NCBI RefSeq assembly: GCF_004010195.1
Contig: NC_057719.1
Location: forward strand, 3,486,679 to 3,543,719
DNA: 57,041 nt
From: Chiloscyllium plagiosum
Taxonomy: Eukaryota
Direction of reading: 5' to 3'
Of this stretch, positions 36,000-48,769 are shown piece by piece. A model generated the notes under the pieces. It saw nothing but the letters and a program-made list of their open reading frames with translations. It did no database searches and was not told the origin of the DNA. The stretch's first letter is position 1. Every line of letters begins with the position of its first letter. The position numbers and the translations under genes are program-made.

Positions 36000-38183
36000 A
36001 GGACATAGAACATAGAACAATACAGTTCATTACAGGCCCTTCAGCTCTCGATGTTGCGCCCACCTGTGAACTATTCTCAGCTCATCCCCCTACACTATCC
36101 CAAAATCATCCATGTGCTTATCTAAGGATTGTTTGAATCTCCCTAATCTCTCAGCCTTTCTTCATAAGACCTTCCCTCCAGACCAGGCAACATCCTGGTA
36201 AATCTCCTCTGCACCTTTTCCAATGCTTCCACATCCTTCCCGAAATACGGCGACCAGAACTGTGCACAATATACCAAGTGTGGCCGCATCAACGTTTTGT
36301 ATAGTTGCAGCGTGATATTGTGGCTCCGGAACTCAATCCCTCTACCAATGAAACCTAACACACCGTATGCCTTCTTAACAGCACTATCCACCTGGGTGGC
36401 AACTTTCAGGGATCTATGCACATGGACTCCAAGATCCCTCTGCACATCCACACTACCAAGAATCTTTCTATTGACCCAGTACTCTGCCTTCCTGTTATTC
36501 TTCCCAAAGTGCAACACCTCACATTTAGCTGCATTGAACTCCATTTGCCACTTCTCAGCCCAATTCTGCAGTTTATTTAGATCCCCCCTGCAACCTGTAA
36601 CATTCTTCCACACTATCCTCTACTCCACCGACTTTAGTGTCATCTGCAAATTTACTAACCCATCCACCTATGTCTGCGTCTCAGTCATTTATAAAAATGA
36701 CAAATAGCAGTGGCCCCAAAACAGATCTTTGTGGCACACCACTAGTAACCGGACTCCAGGCTGAATATTTTCCACCACTTGCTGCCTTCTTACAGAAAGC
36801 CGCTTTCTAATCCAAGAAAGGAACAGGGTGGTCATTATGGGGGACTTTAACTTCCCCAACATTGACTGGAAATGCTATAACTCTGGTACGTCGGATGGAT
36901 TAGTTTTTATCCAGTGTGTACAGGAGGGTTTCCTGACACAGTATGTCGAGGGGCCGACAAGAGGGGAAGCCACACTGGATCTGGTGCTTGGTAATGAACC
37001 AGGCCAGGTGTTTGATTTAGTTGTAGGTGAACACTTTGGAGAGAGTGACCATAATTCAGTTACATTTAGTTTCGCGATGGAAAGGGATAGGTACATGCCA
37101 CAGGTCAAGAGTTATCGATAGGGGAAGGCAATTATAGTGCGATTAGGCAAGAATTAGGATGCATAGAATGGGGTAGCAAAATGCAGGGGATGCAGGCAAT
37201 GGAGCTGGTTTAAGGAACAGATATTGCGTGTCCTTGATAGGTATGTCCCTGTCAGGCAGGGAGGAAGTGATAAGATAAGGGAATTGTGGTTTACTACAGA
37301 AATTACATCTCTTGTTAAGCACAAGAAGGAGGCTTATGTGTTGATGAGGCAAGATGGTTCAGATGACGCAATGGAGAGTTCCAGATCAGCTAGGAAGGAT
37401 TTAAAGAGAGAGTTAAGAAGAGCAAAGGGAGGACACGAGCAGCCTTTAGCAAATAGAATAAAGGAGAACCCTAAAGCTTTCTATAGGTATGTGAGGAATA
37501 AAAGGATGATTAGGGTAGGATTAGGGCCAGTCAAAGACAGAAGTGGGAAGTTGAGTGTGGACCCTGTGGAGATCGGAGGGGTGCTAAACAAACATTTCTC
37601 ATCTATTTTCACTCAGAAAAAGGAGAATATTATAGAGGAGAAGAATGAGGTACGAGATATTAGACTGAAAAGGATCGAGGTTAGTTACGCACAGGTGTTT
37701 TCAATTCTAGAAGGTGTGAAAGTAGACAAGTCCCCTGGACCGGATGGGATTTATCTGAGGGTTCTCTGGGAAGATAGGGAGGAGATAGCAGAGCCTTTGA
37801 CTTTGATATTTGAGTCATCATTGTCTACAGGTTTAGTACCAGAGGTCTGGAGGATTGCAAATGTTGTGCCCTTGTTCAAGAAGGGCAGTAGAGATGAGCC
37901 AGGTAATTATAGACCAGTAGTCTTACTTCTGTTGTAGGAAAGGTTTTGCAAAGGATTATAAGAGATAGGATTTATAATCTTCTAGCAAGCAACAATTTGA
38001 TTTCAGATAGTCAACATGGTTTTGTCAAGGGCAGGTCATGTCTCACAAACCTCATTGAGTTTTTTGAGAAGGTGACTAAGCATATAGATGAGGGTAGTTG
38101 ACGTGGTGTACATGAACTTCAGTAAAGCCTTTGATAAGGTTTCACATGGTAGGCTGTTGGAGAAAATGCAGAGGCACGGAATT
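36000..38183. mobile_element. CR1 with inverted 5' segment (3' part on - strand 36000-36812; upstream ORF2 part on + strand 36813-38183)
   Basis: ORFs 36143..36613 (-), 36828..37121 (GDFN, SDH) and 37224..37937 (KSPGPDG, PGNYRPV). Confidence 0.9.
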
Positions 38184-38259
38184 TAACGGGTTACTGACAA
38201 AAGCAGGGATGTTGGGCTGCCCTTTCAAAGACTCTGCACAGTTACAATGAGCCAGAAGG

Positions 38260-40500
38260 CCATAAGACATAGGACCAGAATTAGGCCATCGGTCCATTGA
38301 GTCTGCTCTGCCATTCCATTATGGCTGATACGTTTCCCAACCCCAATCTCCCGCCTTCTCCACGTAACCCTTGATCTCCTTACTAATCAAGAACCTATCT
38401 ATCTCTGTCCTAAATGCCCTCCACAGCCCCCTGTGGCAATGAGTTCCACAGATTCCCTACCCTCTGGCTGAAGAAATTCCTCTTCCTCTCAGTTCTAAAG
38501 GGTCCTCCTTTCACTCTGAGGCTGTGCCCTTGGGTCCTAGTCTTTCCTACTAGTGGAAACATCTTCTCCACATCCACTCTATTCAGGCCTCACAGTATTC
38601 TGTACAGATAACCCCGCCAACCCCATCCTTCTAAACTCCATCGAGTATGGACCCAGAATCCTCAAATGACAAGCCCTTCATCCCCAGGATTGCTTTTATG
38701 AACCTCCTCTGGACCCCCTCCAAGGCCAGTACATCCTTCCTTAGATATAGGGCCCCAAACTGCTCACAATATTCCCAATGCAGTCTGACTAGAGCCTTAC
38801 CCAGCCTCAGCAGTACATCCCTGCTCTTGTATTCTCGCCCTCTTGAGATGAATGCTAACATTGCATTTGTCTTCCTAACTGCCAACTGAACCTCCATGTT
38901 AACCATAAGAGAATCGTGAACAAGAACTGCAAAGTCCCTTTGTGCTCCAGATTTCCAAAGCCGTTCCCGTTTAGAAAATAGTCCATGCCTCTATTCTTCC
39001 GACCAAAATGCATAACCTTCCACTTGCCCGCATTGTATTCCATCTGCCACTTCTTTGCCCACTCCCATGGCCAGTCCAAGTCCTTCTGCAGCCTCCCAGT
39101 TTCCTCAACACTACCTGACCCTCCACCTCTCATTGTGTCATCTGCAAACTTAACAACAAAGCCCTCGGTTCCTTTGCCCAGATAGTTCATGTGTAATATG
39201 GATAGTTATGGTCCTAGCACTGACGCCTGCAGAACTCCACTGGTCACCAGCTGCCATCCTGAAAAAGACCTCTTTACATCCACTTTCTGATTTCTGCCAG
39301 GCAGCTAATCCTCTCTCAAGGCGCCACTCTGTCTAACTTGCTCATTACCTCCTCAAAGAATTCTAACAGGTTTGTCAGACATGACCTCTCCTTGATGAAG
39401 CCATGCTGACTCTGCCTTATTTTACATGCACTTCCAAATACTCTGCAATCTCATCTAAAATCTCTTCAACAACCAACGTCAGGCTAACCAGTCTATAGTT
39501 TCTTGTCTTCTACCTTCCTCCCTTCTTAAACCGAGTGTTACATTAGTCATTTTCCAATCCTCTGGGACTCTCCCTGACTCCAATGATTCCTGAGAGATCA
39601 CCACCAATGCCTCTACAATCTCCTCAGCAATCTCCTTCAAAACTCTGGGCTGTAGTCCACCTTCAGACCTTTCAGCTTGCCCAGCACCTTAGATTAGATA
39701 AGATTAGATTACAGTGTGGAAACAGGCCCTTCGGCCCAACATGTCCACACCGACCCGCTGAAGCGCAACCCACCCATACCCCTACATTTACCCCTATACC
39801 TAACACTACGGGCAATTTAGCATGACCAATTCACCTAACCTGCACATCTTTGGACTGTGGGAGGAAACCAGAGCACCCGGAGGAAACCCACGCAGACACG
39901 GGGAGAACGTGCAAACTCCACACAGTCAGTCGCCTGAGGCGGGAATTGAACCCGGGTCTCAGGCACTGTGAGGCAGCAGTGCTAGGCACTGTGAGGCAGC
40001 AGTGCTAACCACTATGCCACCATGCCGCCCACCTTCTGCTCAGTGACGGCCACGACATCCACCTTTGCCTCCCTGACTCTCTGAAAATTCTGCGATGGTG
40101 CTGGTGTCTTCCACTGTGAAAACTGAAGCAAAGTATCTATTCAGCCATTTCTTTGTCCAGCCTCATTTTTCTCCAGCCTGAGTTTTCAGTGGTCTAACGC
40201 CCACACTTGTCTTTCCCTTTCCCTTACCTTTTAGATAGCTAATAAAACCATTTGCAATTTTCTTTTATATTATTGGCTAGCTTACCCTCATATTTTATCT
40301 TCTCCCCCCTTACTGCTTTTGTAGTTATCCTCTGCTGGCATTTAAAGGCTACTCAATCTCTGACTACTCACTAATGCTCACCACATTGAATGCTTTCTCT
40401 CTTGTTTTTATGCTGTCACTGACTTCCCCCGTTAGCTTTAATTGCCTTGTTTTTGCTTTGTATTTGTCTTCTTCCGTGGGATGAGTTCCCTATCCAGTGC
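38260..40500 (-). mobile_element. Long decayed CR1
   Basis: ORFs 38631..38906 and 38855..39190 (KFADDT). Confidence 0.85.
39691..40030 (-). mobile_element. Young HE1-type SINE nested in CR1; 23-bp tandem duplication in head (39961-40006)
   Basis: Full head-to-tail copy flanked by CACCTT repeats. Confidence 0.9.
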
Positions 40501-41039
40501 TGTAAATTGTGGTTATAATTCTGGGTTTATATGGTTGCATTGTTTGGAGCTGAGCCCACTCCAGAGCTAACACCCAGTCTATACATACGTCGACCCTCTG
40601 CCCACTATCAACTCTCAAACCTCAATTTTTAAACTCTCACTGAGTTTTAAGACCTTGGCCTACTCCCACTCCCAGCTCCCAACCTTCTGTCCTGTAACCT
40701 TTCAAGATCAACGCATCCCTGAACTTCCATTGTTCCACCATTAATGACCGTGCCCTTAGCTGCCAGGGCCTGAGTTCTGGATTTCTCTCTCTCACCTTCA
40801 GCAACTCAAGATATTGTTTAAAGTCTAGCTCTTTGACCAGTGTTAATGTGTTTGGGGCTCAAGGTCAAACTGTGTTTGATAATTATCCTCGTGGGGAGCT
40901 TTTGAGTACATTACAGCAGTAAAGACTCAGTATCAACGCAAGCCATTGAAGTGATGAGGGAACCAGTCCCTCACCCTCAGCTAGAGTACTACGGCTGAAG
41001 TATATTATGCCTGAATTTCCAGGTTCTCATTGACAGTCC

Positions 41040-41196
41040 TTGGTTTGTGTCACTCTCTCCACCAATCCCCTGAATCCCCAGGTACCTTCCTGCAAGTATA
41101 AAAGATGTAAATCCTGCCGGTACCCCACCCCCCTCACCTCTATCCAGAGCCCCCCCAAACAGCCCTTCCAAGTGAGACAGAGGTTCACCCGTCTCT
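41040..41196 (+). mobile_element. PLE (Neptune-like) RT-endonuclease linker fragment, cut by assembly gap
   Basis: CKYKRCKSC..LTSIQSPPKQPFQVRQRFT, a Cys-rich linker. Confidence 0.65.
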
Positions 41197-42019
41197 NNNN
41201 NNNNNNNNNNNNNNNNNNNNNNNNNNNNNNNNNNNNNNNNNNNNNNNNNNNNNNNNNNNNNNNNNNNNNNNNNNNNNNNNNNNNNNNNNNNNNNNNNNNN
41301 NNNNNNNNNNNNNNNNNNNNNNNNNNNNNNNNNNNNNNNNNNNNNNNNNNNNNNNNNNNNNNNNNNNNNNNNNNNNNNNNNNNNNNNNNNNNNNNNNNNN
41401 NNNNNNNNNNNNNNNNNNNNNNNNNNNNNNNNNNNNNNNNNNNNNNNNNNNNNNNNNNNNNNNNNNNNNNNNNNNNNNNNNNNNNNNNNNNNNNNNNNNN
41501 NNNNNNNNNNNNNNNNNNNNNNNNNNNNNNNNNNNNNNNNNNNNNNNNNNNNNNNNNNNNNNNNNNNNNNNNNNNNNNNNNNNNNNNNNNNNNNNNNNNN
41601 NNNNNNNNNNNNNNNNNNNNNNNNNNNNNNNNNNNNNNNNNNNNNNNNNNNNNNNNNNNNNNNNNNNNNNNNNNNNNNNNNNNNNNNNNNNNNNNNCACC
41701 CTCTCTTTCTCTTACATCAATATAAGTCTCCCTGAGCCTGTGGGTCCCGTTGAGGTTTTTAAAAGTTCCTTCATTTGGATTGGAGTTGGCGAGGCCTCGT
41801 CTGCGCTCTCCGCTTGTCTTCAATGAACTACAACAATTCATGCACACGCAAATGTTCTTCTGATGCATCGGAGATGTGGCCTCTGTGTTCGAGCTTTTTC
41901 CCAATCTCCGCCTCTTTCCCCACTGGGTCATTTATGGCACAGAAGGTAGCCATTTGGTCCATCGGGTGCACACTGTCACCCCTCAATTGATCCAGTCAGA
42001 AATATTTCTGCTGCACAAA

Positions 42020-43260
42020 TGCCAGGCAATGACCATCCCCAGTAAGAGACTATCCAACCTGCACACCTTGACGTTCAACTATACTATTTATTGAGGTGGA
42101 GATGCCAGTGTTGGACTTGGGTGGACTCGGTTCAAAGACACATGACACCAGATTACAGTCAAACGGGTTTATTTGAAATCACAAGCTTTCGGAGCAGAGC
42201 TCCGGAATAAACCTGTTGGACTGAAACCTGGTGTTGTGTGACTTCTGACTGTTATTGAAGGCCTCACTATCAACATCCTGGGAGTTACCACTGATCAGAA
42301 ACTCAACTGAACTCACCACATAAACACAATGGTAATGAGAGCAGGTCAGAGGCTACGGATACTGCGGTGGGTAACTCACCTCCTGACTCCCCAAAGCCTG
42401 CCCACCATCAACAAGACACAAGTCAGGAGTGTGATGGAATCCTCCCCACTTGCCCTGGATGGGGGCAGCTCCAACAACACTCAAGAAGCTTGACACCATC
42501 CAGGACAAAGCAGCCGCTTGATTGGCACCACATCCACAAACATCAACTCCCTCCACCACCGGCGCTCAGTAGCAGCAGTGTGTACCATCTACAAGATGCA
42601 CTGCAGAAACTCATCAAAGATCCTCAGACAGCACCCTCCAAACCCATGACCACTTCCATCTAGAAGGACAAGGGCAACAAATACATGGGAATACAGCCCT
42701 CTGCAAGTTCCCCTCCGAGCCACTCACCATCCTGACTTGGAAATATATTGCCGTTCCTTCACTGTCGCTGGGTCAGAATCCCGGAATTCGCTTCCTAAGG
42801 GCATTGTGGATCAACCCACAGCACATGCATGGATAGGGTAAATAGGCGGAGTCTTTTCCCTGGGATCAGGGAGTCCAGAACTAGAAGGTGAGAGGGGAAA
42901 AATATAAAAGAGACCTACGGGGCAACTTTTTCACACAGTATGGAATGAGCTGCCAAAGGAAGTGGTGGAGACTGGTACAATTGCAACATTTAAGAGGCAT
43001 TTGGATGGGTATATGAATAGGAAGGGTTTGGAGGGATATGGGCTGGGTGCTGTCAGGTGGGACTAGATTGGGTTGGGATATCTGGTCGGCATGGACGGGT
43101 TGGACTGAAGGGTCTGTTTCCATGCTGTACATCTCCATGACTCTATGACATGGACTGCAGCGGTTCAAGAAGGCAGCTCACCCCACCTTCTCAAGGGGCA
43201 ACTACAGAGGGGGTAATAAATGCTGGGCCAAGTCAATGACACTGCTCCCAAAAATGAATT
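42020..43260 (+). mobile_element. 3' part of tRNA-headed LINE family, with a family B PLE hairpin (about 42093-42250) and a CR1 3' end (about 42826-43148) inserted
   Basis: Homologous to 8605-9210 in the opposite orientation. Confidence 0.8.
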
Positions 43261-43669
43261 AGACAAAGAACACCCATCTCTACCCAATCCCAGAAGCACT
43301 AAAAAAGGTATTTGCTTCAGGAGATTATCCAGTTTCCTTTGGACATAACTATTTCCACTTCTGCCATCTTTGTGGGCAGTGAGATCCTAGTCATTCCCAC
43401 ACTCTGCCTGAAAGGGTTCATCCTCACATTTCCCCTGTGACTCCTGCCCAATGTCCTCATAGCGTCAGTTAGTGGGAGAGGCTTTCCCTGAAATCACCAC
43501 TCCCTCTGTCTCAATCTTCTTTCTTCAAGAAACGTAACCCCAGCCTGACTGTAACTAACCCTGTATCTCCAAAACTCATCTAGCAAATCACCTTCAGTAA
43601 GACCCTCACATCATTCCTCAAGTGAAGTGACCAAAGCTCAATACTCAAGTTGGGAGCTAGGCAGAGCTT

Positions 43670-44910
43670 TAAGAACGTAGAGTTCGATGGCACAGTAACA
43701 GATCCTTCAGCCCATCTTATCAGTACATGGTCGGTATCACTCTATTTTCTGCCTGTTCGTGTGTCTGGCTAAATGCCTCTTATATATTGTTGTTGTATCT
43801 GCTTCTACTTGCCCTGGAAGCACCGACCACACTCTGTGTAACAAAACCTGCTTCACGCATCTCCTTTAAACTTTCCCCCTCTCATGTGAAACTTATGCCT
43901 GCTCGTCTTTGACATTCCCACTCTGGAAGAAACTGACTATCCACCCTATCCATGTCTCCAATAATTTTATACACTTGTACATGGTCACCCTAGAGCCTCC
44001 GAAGCTCCAGTGAAAGCAACCCAAGTTTGTCCAACCTCTCCCTGTAGCTAATGCACTCCAATACAGGCAACATTCCCCCTAAACCTCTTCTGCACCCTTT
44101 CCAAAACCTCCACATCCTTCCTTTAGTGTGGGGACCAGTCTGCACACAATATCCCAAATGTGGCCTCACTAAAGTCTTATACAACTGCGACAAGACTTGC
44201 CAATTTCTATGCTCAGTGCCCCAGCCAATGAAAACAATATGCCATTTGCCTTCTTTACCATGTTGGAGGAGAAAGTGAGGACTGCAGATGCTGGAGATCA
44301 GAGCTGGAAATGTGTTGCTGGAAAAGCGCAGCAGGTCAGGCAGCATCCAGGGAACAGGAGAATCGATGTTTTGGGCATAAGCCCTTCTTCAGAAGAAGGG
44401 CTTATGCCCGAAACGTCAATTCTCCTGTTCCCTGGATGCTGCCTGACCTGCTGCGCTTTTCCAGCAACACATTTCCAGCTTCTTTACCATGTTATCTACT
44501 TGTGTTGCCACTTTGGTCTTGTACCCCAAATCCCTCTAAAATCAATGTTCCACATGGTACTGCCATTGACTGTGTACTTTCCTCTTGCATTTGACCTCCC
44601 ACAATGCATCATGTCACACTTGTCCAGATTAAACTCCATCTGCCATTTCTCTGCCCGACTTTCCAACTGCTCTACATCCTGCTGTATCCTTTGATGACCT
44701 TCCTCACTATCCACAACTCCACCAATGTTCATGTCATCAGCAAACTTACTAACCAGACCAGCTACATTTTCATCCAAATCATTCATATATATCACAAACA
44801 GCAAAGGGCCCAGCACTGATCCTTGTGGAACACCACTGGTCACAGACCTTCAGTCAGAAAACACTTCTCCACAACTACCTTCTGTCTTCTCTGAACAAGC
44901 CAATTTATAA
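43670..44910 (-). mobile_element. CR1 RT/3' fragment
   Basis: [21 protein letters not shown]...KFADD. Confidence 0.92.
44265..44478. mobile_element. Fold-back PLE terminus (family A) inside CR1, 15-bp TSD
   Basis: CTTCTTTACCATGTT at 44250-44264 and 44479-44493. Arms meet at CTTCTTCAGAAGAAG. Confidence 0.88.
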
Positions 44911-44941
44911 AAGTTCAGCGTGACTTCCCCAAAGTCATGCT

Positions 44942-45228
44942 GGGTGGCACAGTGGCTCAGTGGTTAGCACTGCTGCCTCAGAGACCCGGGTTCAATTCCC
45001 CCCTCAGGCAACTGTCTGTGTGGAGTTTGCACATTCTCCCCGTGTCTGCGTAGGTTTCCTCCCACAGTCCAAAGATGTGCAGGTTAGGTGAATTGGCCAT
45101 GCTAAATTGCCCATAGTGTTAGGTGAAGGGGTAAATTGTAGGGGAATGGGTCTGGGTGGGTTACTCTTCGGAGGGTCGGTGTGGACTTGTTGGGCCGAAG
45201 GGCCTGTTTCCACACTGTAGGGAATCTA
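44942..45228 (+). mobile_element. HE1/V-SINE-type SINE
   Basis: A box, GGTTCAATTCC B box, core and tail. Confidence 0.9.
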
Positions 45229-46665
45229 AAACAATTTTGTTACTCAGCGTTTCTATTTGTGAAGTCCAGGATGCCATATGCTTTCCTTTTGACTCTTAGA
45301 ATAGACAATAGACAATAGGTGCAGGAGTAGGCCATTTGGCCCATCGAGCCAGCACTACCATTCATTACAATCATGGCTGATCATCCGCAATCAGTATCCT
45401 GTTCCTGCCTTATCCCCTTAACACTTGATTCCACTATCTTTAAGAGCTCTATCTATCTCTTGCCACCTTCAGGGATTGAGACATACGCATTGCTGGGTAC
45501 TGTACCAGTGCATCTGCAGCACCTTTAGGGAAAGAAACTGCCATCCTTACTTGGTCTGGCCTACATGGGACTCCAGACCCACAGCAATGTGGTTGAATCT
45601 TAACTATCCTCTGGGTAATTAGGTTGGGCAATAATGGCATGGCTCAGCCAGTGATGCCCTCATTCCATGAATGAATAAGAAAAGTCTATACTGCCATGCA
45701 TTGTCCCTTCTGCAATACTTCAAACCCCCCTTCACTAACTTCCATTTGCCACAAGTCTGTGCACTCAGCCAACCTATCAATGTCCTGTTCTATGTGAGTC
45801 AAATCATTCTCTTTATTTGGTATAGAGTATATCCTCATATTCAGTTGTAGTTACATTCCTGAAAATTACAACTTTAAGTGAAATGACTTTAAGTGAATCC
45901 GGGTTTCCCATAAGATACATGTTAAACCCTTTGGTTAAATCCTTGGGATAGTTCTCACCCAGAACAACTGATGTGTAAATTCAAATGTTGCAATAAACAT
46001 GTGCATTACAAGCTGAAAGAATTGGCAAACTAAAATAGATTACTAAATACAAACGATAGAAAATATACAAGTTTTTTTTTTAAATGCACTCATTGTACAT
46101 TCAAATAAGAGAAAAATGCTGCAGATGCTGGAAATCAGAAACAAACACAGGAGTTGCAGGAGAAACTCAATAAAATAAAGCAAAGATAGTGAAGTAAACA
46201 AGACACAAATAAGATAAGGTTGTTCTCTGTAGAAAGGAACCATCTTCTTCCTTTCCCACCTTAAATTACACCCATTTTACATCTCCATTTCTCATTCTTT
46301 TCAATTAATAACTTCCTCACCTACTGTACTGCAACACCACACCATCTGTTCCTGTTGTCCGTCTTCTCCCTCTGTCAAAAAGCCTAACAGAGGAACAACA
46401 GAATAGGAGGAGGCCATTCAGCCCCTCAAGCTTTCAATGAGATTCAATGAGATCATGGGTCATCTGTGGTCTAACTCCCTATATCTGCCTTTGACCCATA
46501 TCCCCAAATAAGTTTGTTTAACAATTTTGCTTGTAAATCCTGATTTCCAACCACTTTCAGTTGTGAAGAAGGGTCACTGGACTCGAAACATTAGCTCTGT
46601 TTCTCTGTTTACAGATGCTGCCAGATCTGCTGAGTTTTTCCAGCATTCTCTGTGTACATTTACAT

Positions 46666-47611
46666 TGATGTGAAGGAGCCAGTGTTGGACTGGTGTGGAT
46701 AAAGTTAAAACTCACACAACACCAGGTTACAGTCCAACAGGTTTAGTTGGAAGCACTAGCTTTCAGAGCGCTGCTCCTTCATCAGGTAACTAAAGGGGCA
46801 GGATAATAAGACACAGAATTTATAGCAATTAAAACGATATATTGAACAATCCTGGATTGCTGATAAATCTTAGACAGACATGCAAACTCTCTCTCAGACA
46901 CACGCTGTCTTTCAGAAACACTCGCTCATTCTCTCTCACACACACATCTCACAGGTTTATACTCTGTCACACTCACGCACACACTCCACTGAGCACGCAC
47001 ACACAAAAACACACTCTCTCATGTGCACACACACTCACACGTGCACACTCACATGCACACACAAAAACACACTCTCTCAACACACACACACACTCTCTCT
47101 CTCCCTCACATACATGCACACACATACAATTTGCAGAAACATTCTATTTTTGCTCAAAAAGCACACAATCTGCAGGCAGTCAATCCATATATTATATCAA
47201 TTCCTACTTTGGAAACAGAACCAGTGTGTCTCAAAATTAGGATACAGATCGACTCTAATCTCACACCTTTATGTGGTAGAGCCAGTGTTGGACTGGGTTG
47301 GACAAAGTTAAAAATCACACAAAATAGACTACTACCTGGTGATGTGCGATTTTTAACTCACACCTTTAGTATATTGTCTGAGCTGAGATGTCACCTTTTT
47401 TTAATAAAATCTTATGTTATCTTAAGAATGTGACTTGAAAGAAGTTCTGGGACTTACACATTAATGAATCAATACCTGCAACCCATTCTAAAAGATGAAA
47501 GACTTAACAGCACTAGTTACCTGACGGAGGAGCAGAGCTCTGAAAGCTAGTGCTTCTGAATAAATCTGTTGGACTAGAACCTGGTGCTGTGCTAGTTTTA
47601 ACTTTGTCCAC
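46666..47611. mobile_element. PLE family B remnant: inverted terminus plus CA-rich 3'UTR plus sense terminus
   Basis: 46666-46875 is the inverted end. CA-rich tract 46880-47130 as in 56470-56660. Terminal hammerhead-like CTGACGGA...GAAAGCTAG at about 47521-47550. A mini hairpin is inserted at about 47272-47357. Confidence 0.8.
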
Positions 47612-47650
47612 TGGCTGCTTTAGATCAATGTAAGTGTACACAGAGAATGC

Positions 47651-47847
47651 TAAAAATCACACAACACCAGGTTATAGTCCAACAGGTTTGTTTGGAAGCA
47701 CACTAGCTTTCGGAGTGACGCTCCTTCATCAGATGATTGTCGCTCCGAAAGCTAGTGCTCCCAATTAAACCTGTTGAACTATAATCTGGTGTTGTATGAT
47801 TTTTAACTTTGTACACCCCAGTCCAACACCAGCATCTCCAAATCATG
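47651..47847. mobile_element. Fold-back PLE terminus (family B)
   Basis: Inverted arms flanked by ACAGAGAAT(G/A)CT direct repeats. Confidence 0.8.
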
Positions 47848-47964
47848 ACAGAGAATACTGGAATGGTGTTGTGCAATGTTTAACTGCATTTACATTGTCC
47901 AGCCTCCATCTAGTGGCAGATGTTGCTCAGTGCAGGTTATAATCAGAATCCCAGACAATCAGGA

Positions 47965-48765
47965 ACAGAGTCATAGAGTTATACAGCACGGAAACAGACC
48001 CTTCAGTCCAACATGTCTGTGCCAACCAAAAGTCCTAAACTGATTGCATTCCCATTTATCTACATTTGGCCCATATCCCTCTAAACTTTCCTACCCATGC
48101 ACCTTACAGAGGTTTATAAAATCATGAGGAGCATGGAATGGGTGAACAGCCGAGGCCTTTTCCCTGGAGTGGGGGAGTCCAAAACTAGAAGGAATAGGTT
48201 TGAGGTGAGAGGGGAAAGATTTAAGAGGAGTAACTTTTTCACTCAGAGGGTGGTGCGTGTATGGAAGGAGCTGCCAGAGGAAGTGGTGGCAGCTGGTGCA
48301 GTTATAGCATTTAAAAGGCATCTGGATGGGTACATGAGTAGGAAGGGTTTAGGGGGGTATAGGCCAAATGTTGGCAAAAGAGTCTAGATTAATTTAGGAT
48401 ATCTGGTCAGCATGGGTGAGTTGGACCAAAGGGTCTGTTCCATTCTGTACATCTCTATGACTCTATGAATCTATTAACCCAGAAGACCATAAAAATAGGA
48501 GCAGGAGTAGGCCCTTCAGTTTGTTGTGCGTGTTCCACCATTCAGTAGAATCGGGGCTGATCTGACACTCCTCACTCCACTTTCCTGCCCTTTCCCTTGA
48601 CTCCCCGACTGATCAAGAAACTCTCTCTCTCTCTCTCAGCGTTGAATATAGACAAGGACTCTGCCCTCACAGCTCTCTGTGGCAAGGAGTTCCAAAGACT
48701 CACAACCCTCTGAGAGAAAGATTCCTCCTCATCTCAGGTGTAAGTTGGTGTCCCTTTATTCAGGG
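47965..48765. mobile_element. CR1 3' ends (47965-48097 -, 48100-48468 +, 48480-48765 -)
   Basis: ORF 48097..48387 and (CTCTATGA)n tails. Confidence 0.85.
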
Positions 48766-48769
48766 ACGT

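Noticed and set aside
37224..37937. 237-aa ORF as a host gene or active RT
   Set aside because: It is a CR1 ORF2 fragment with flanking stops and frameshifts.
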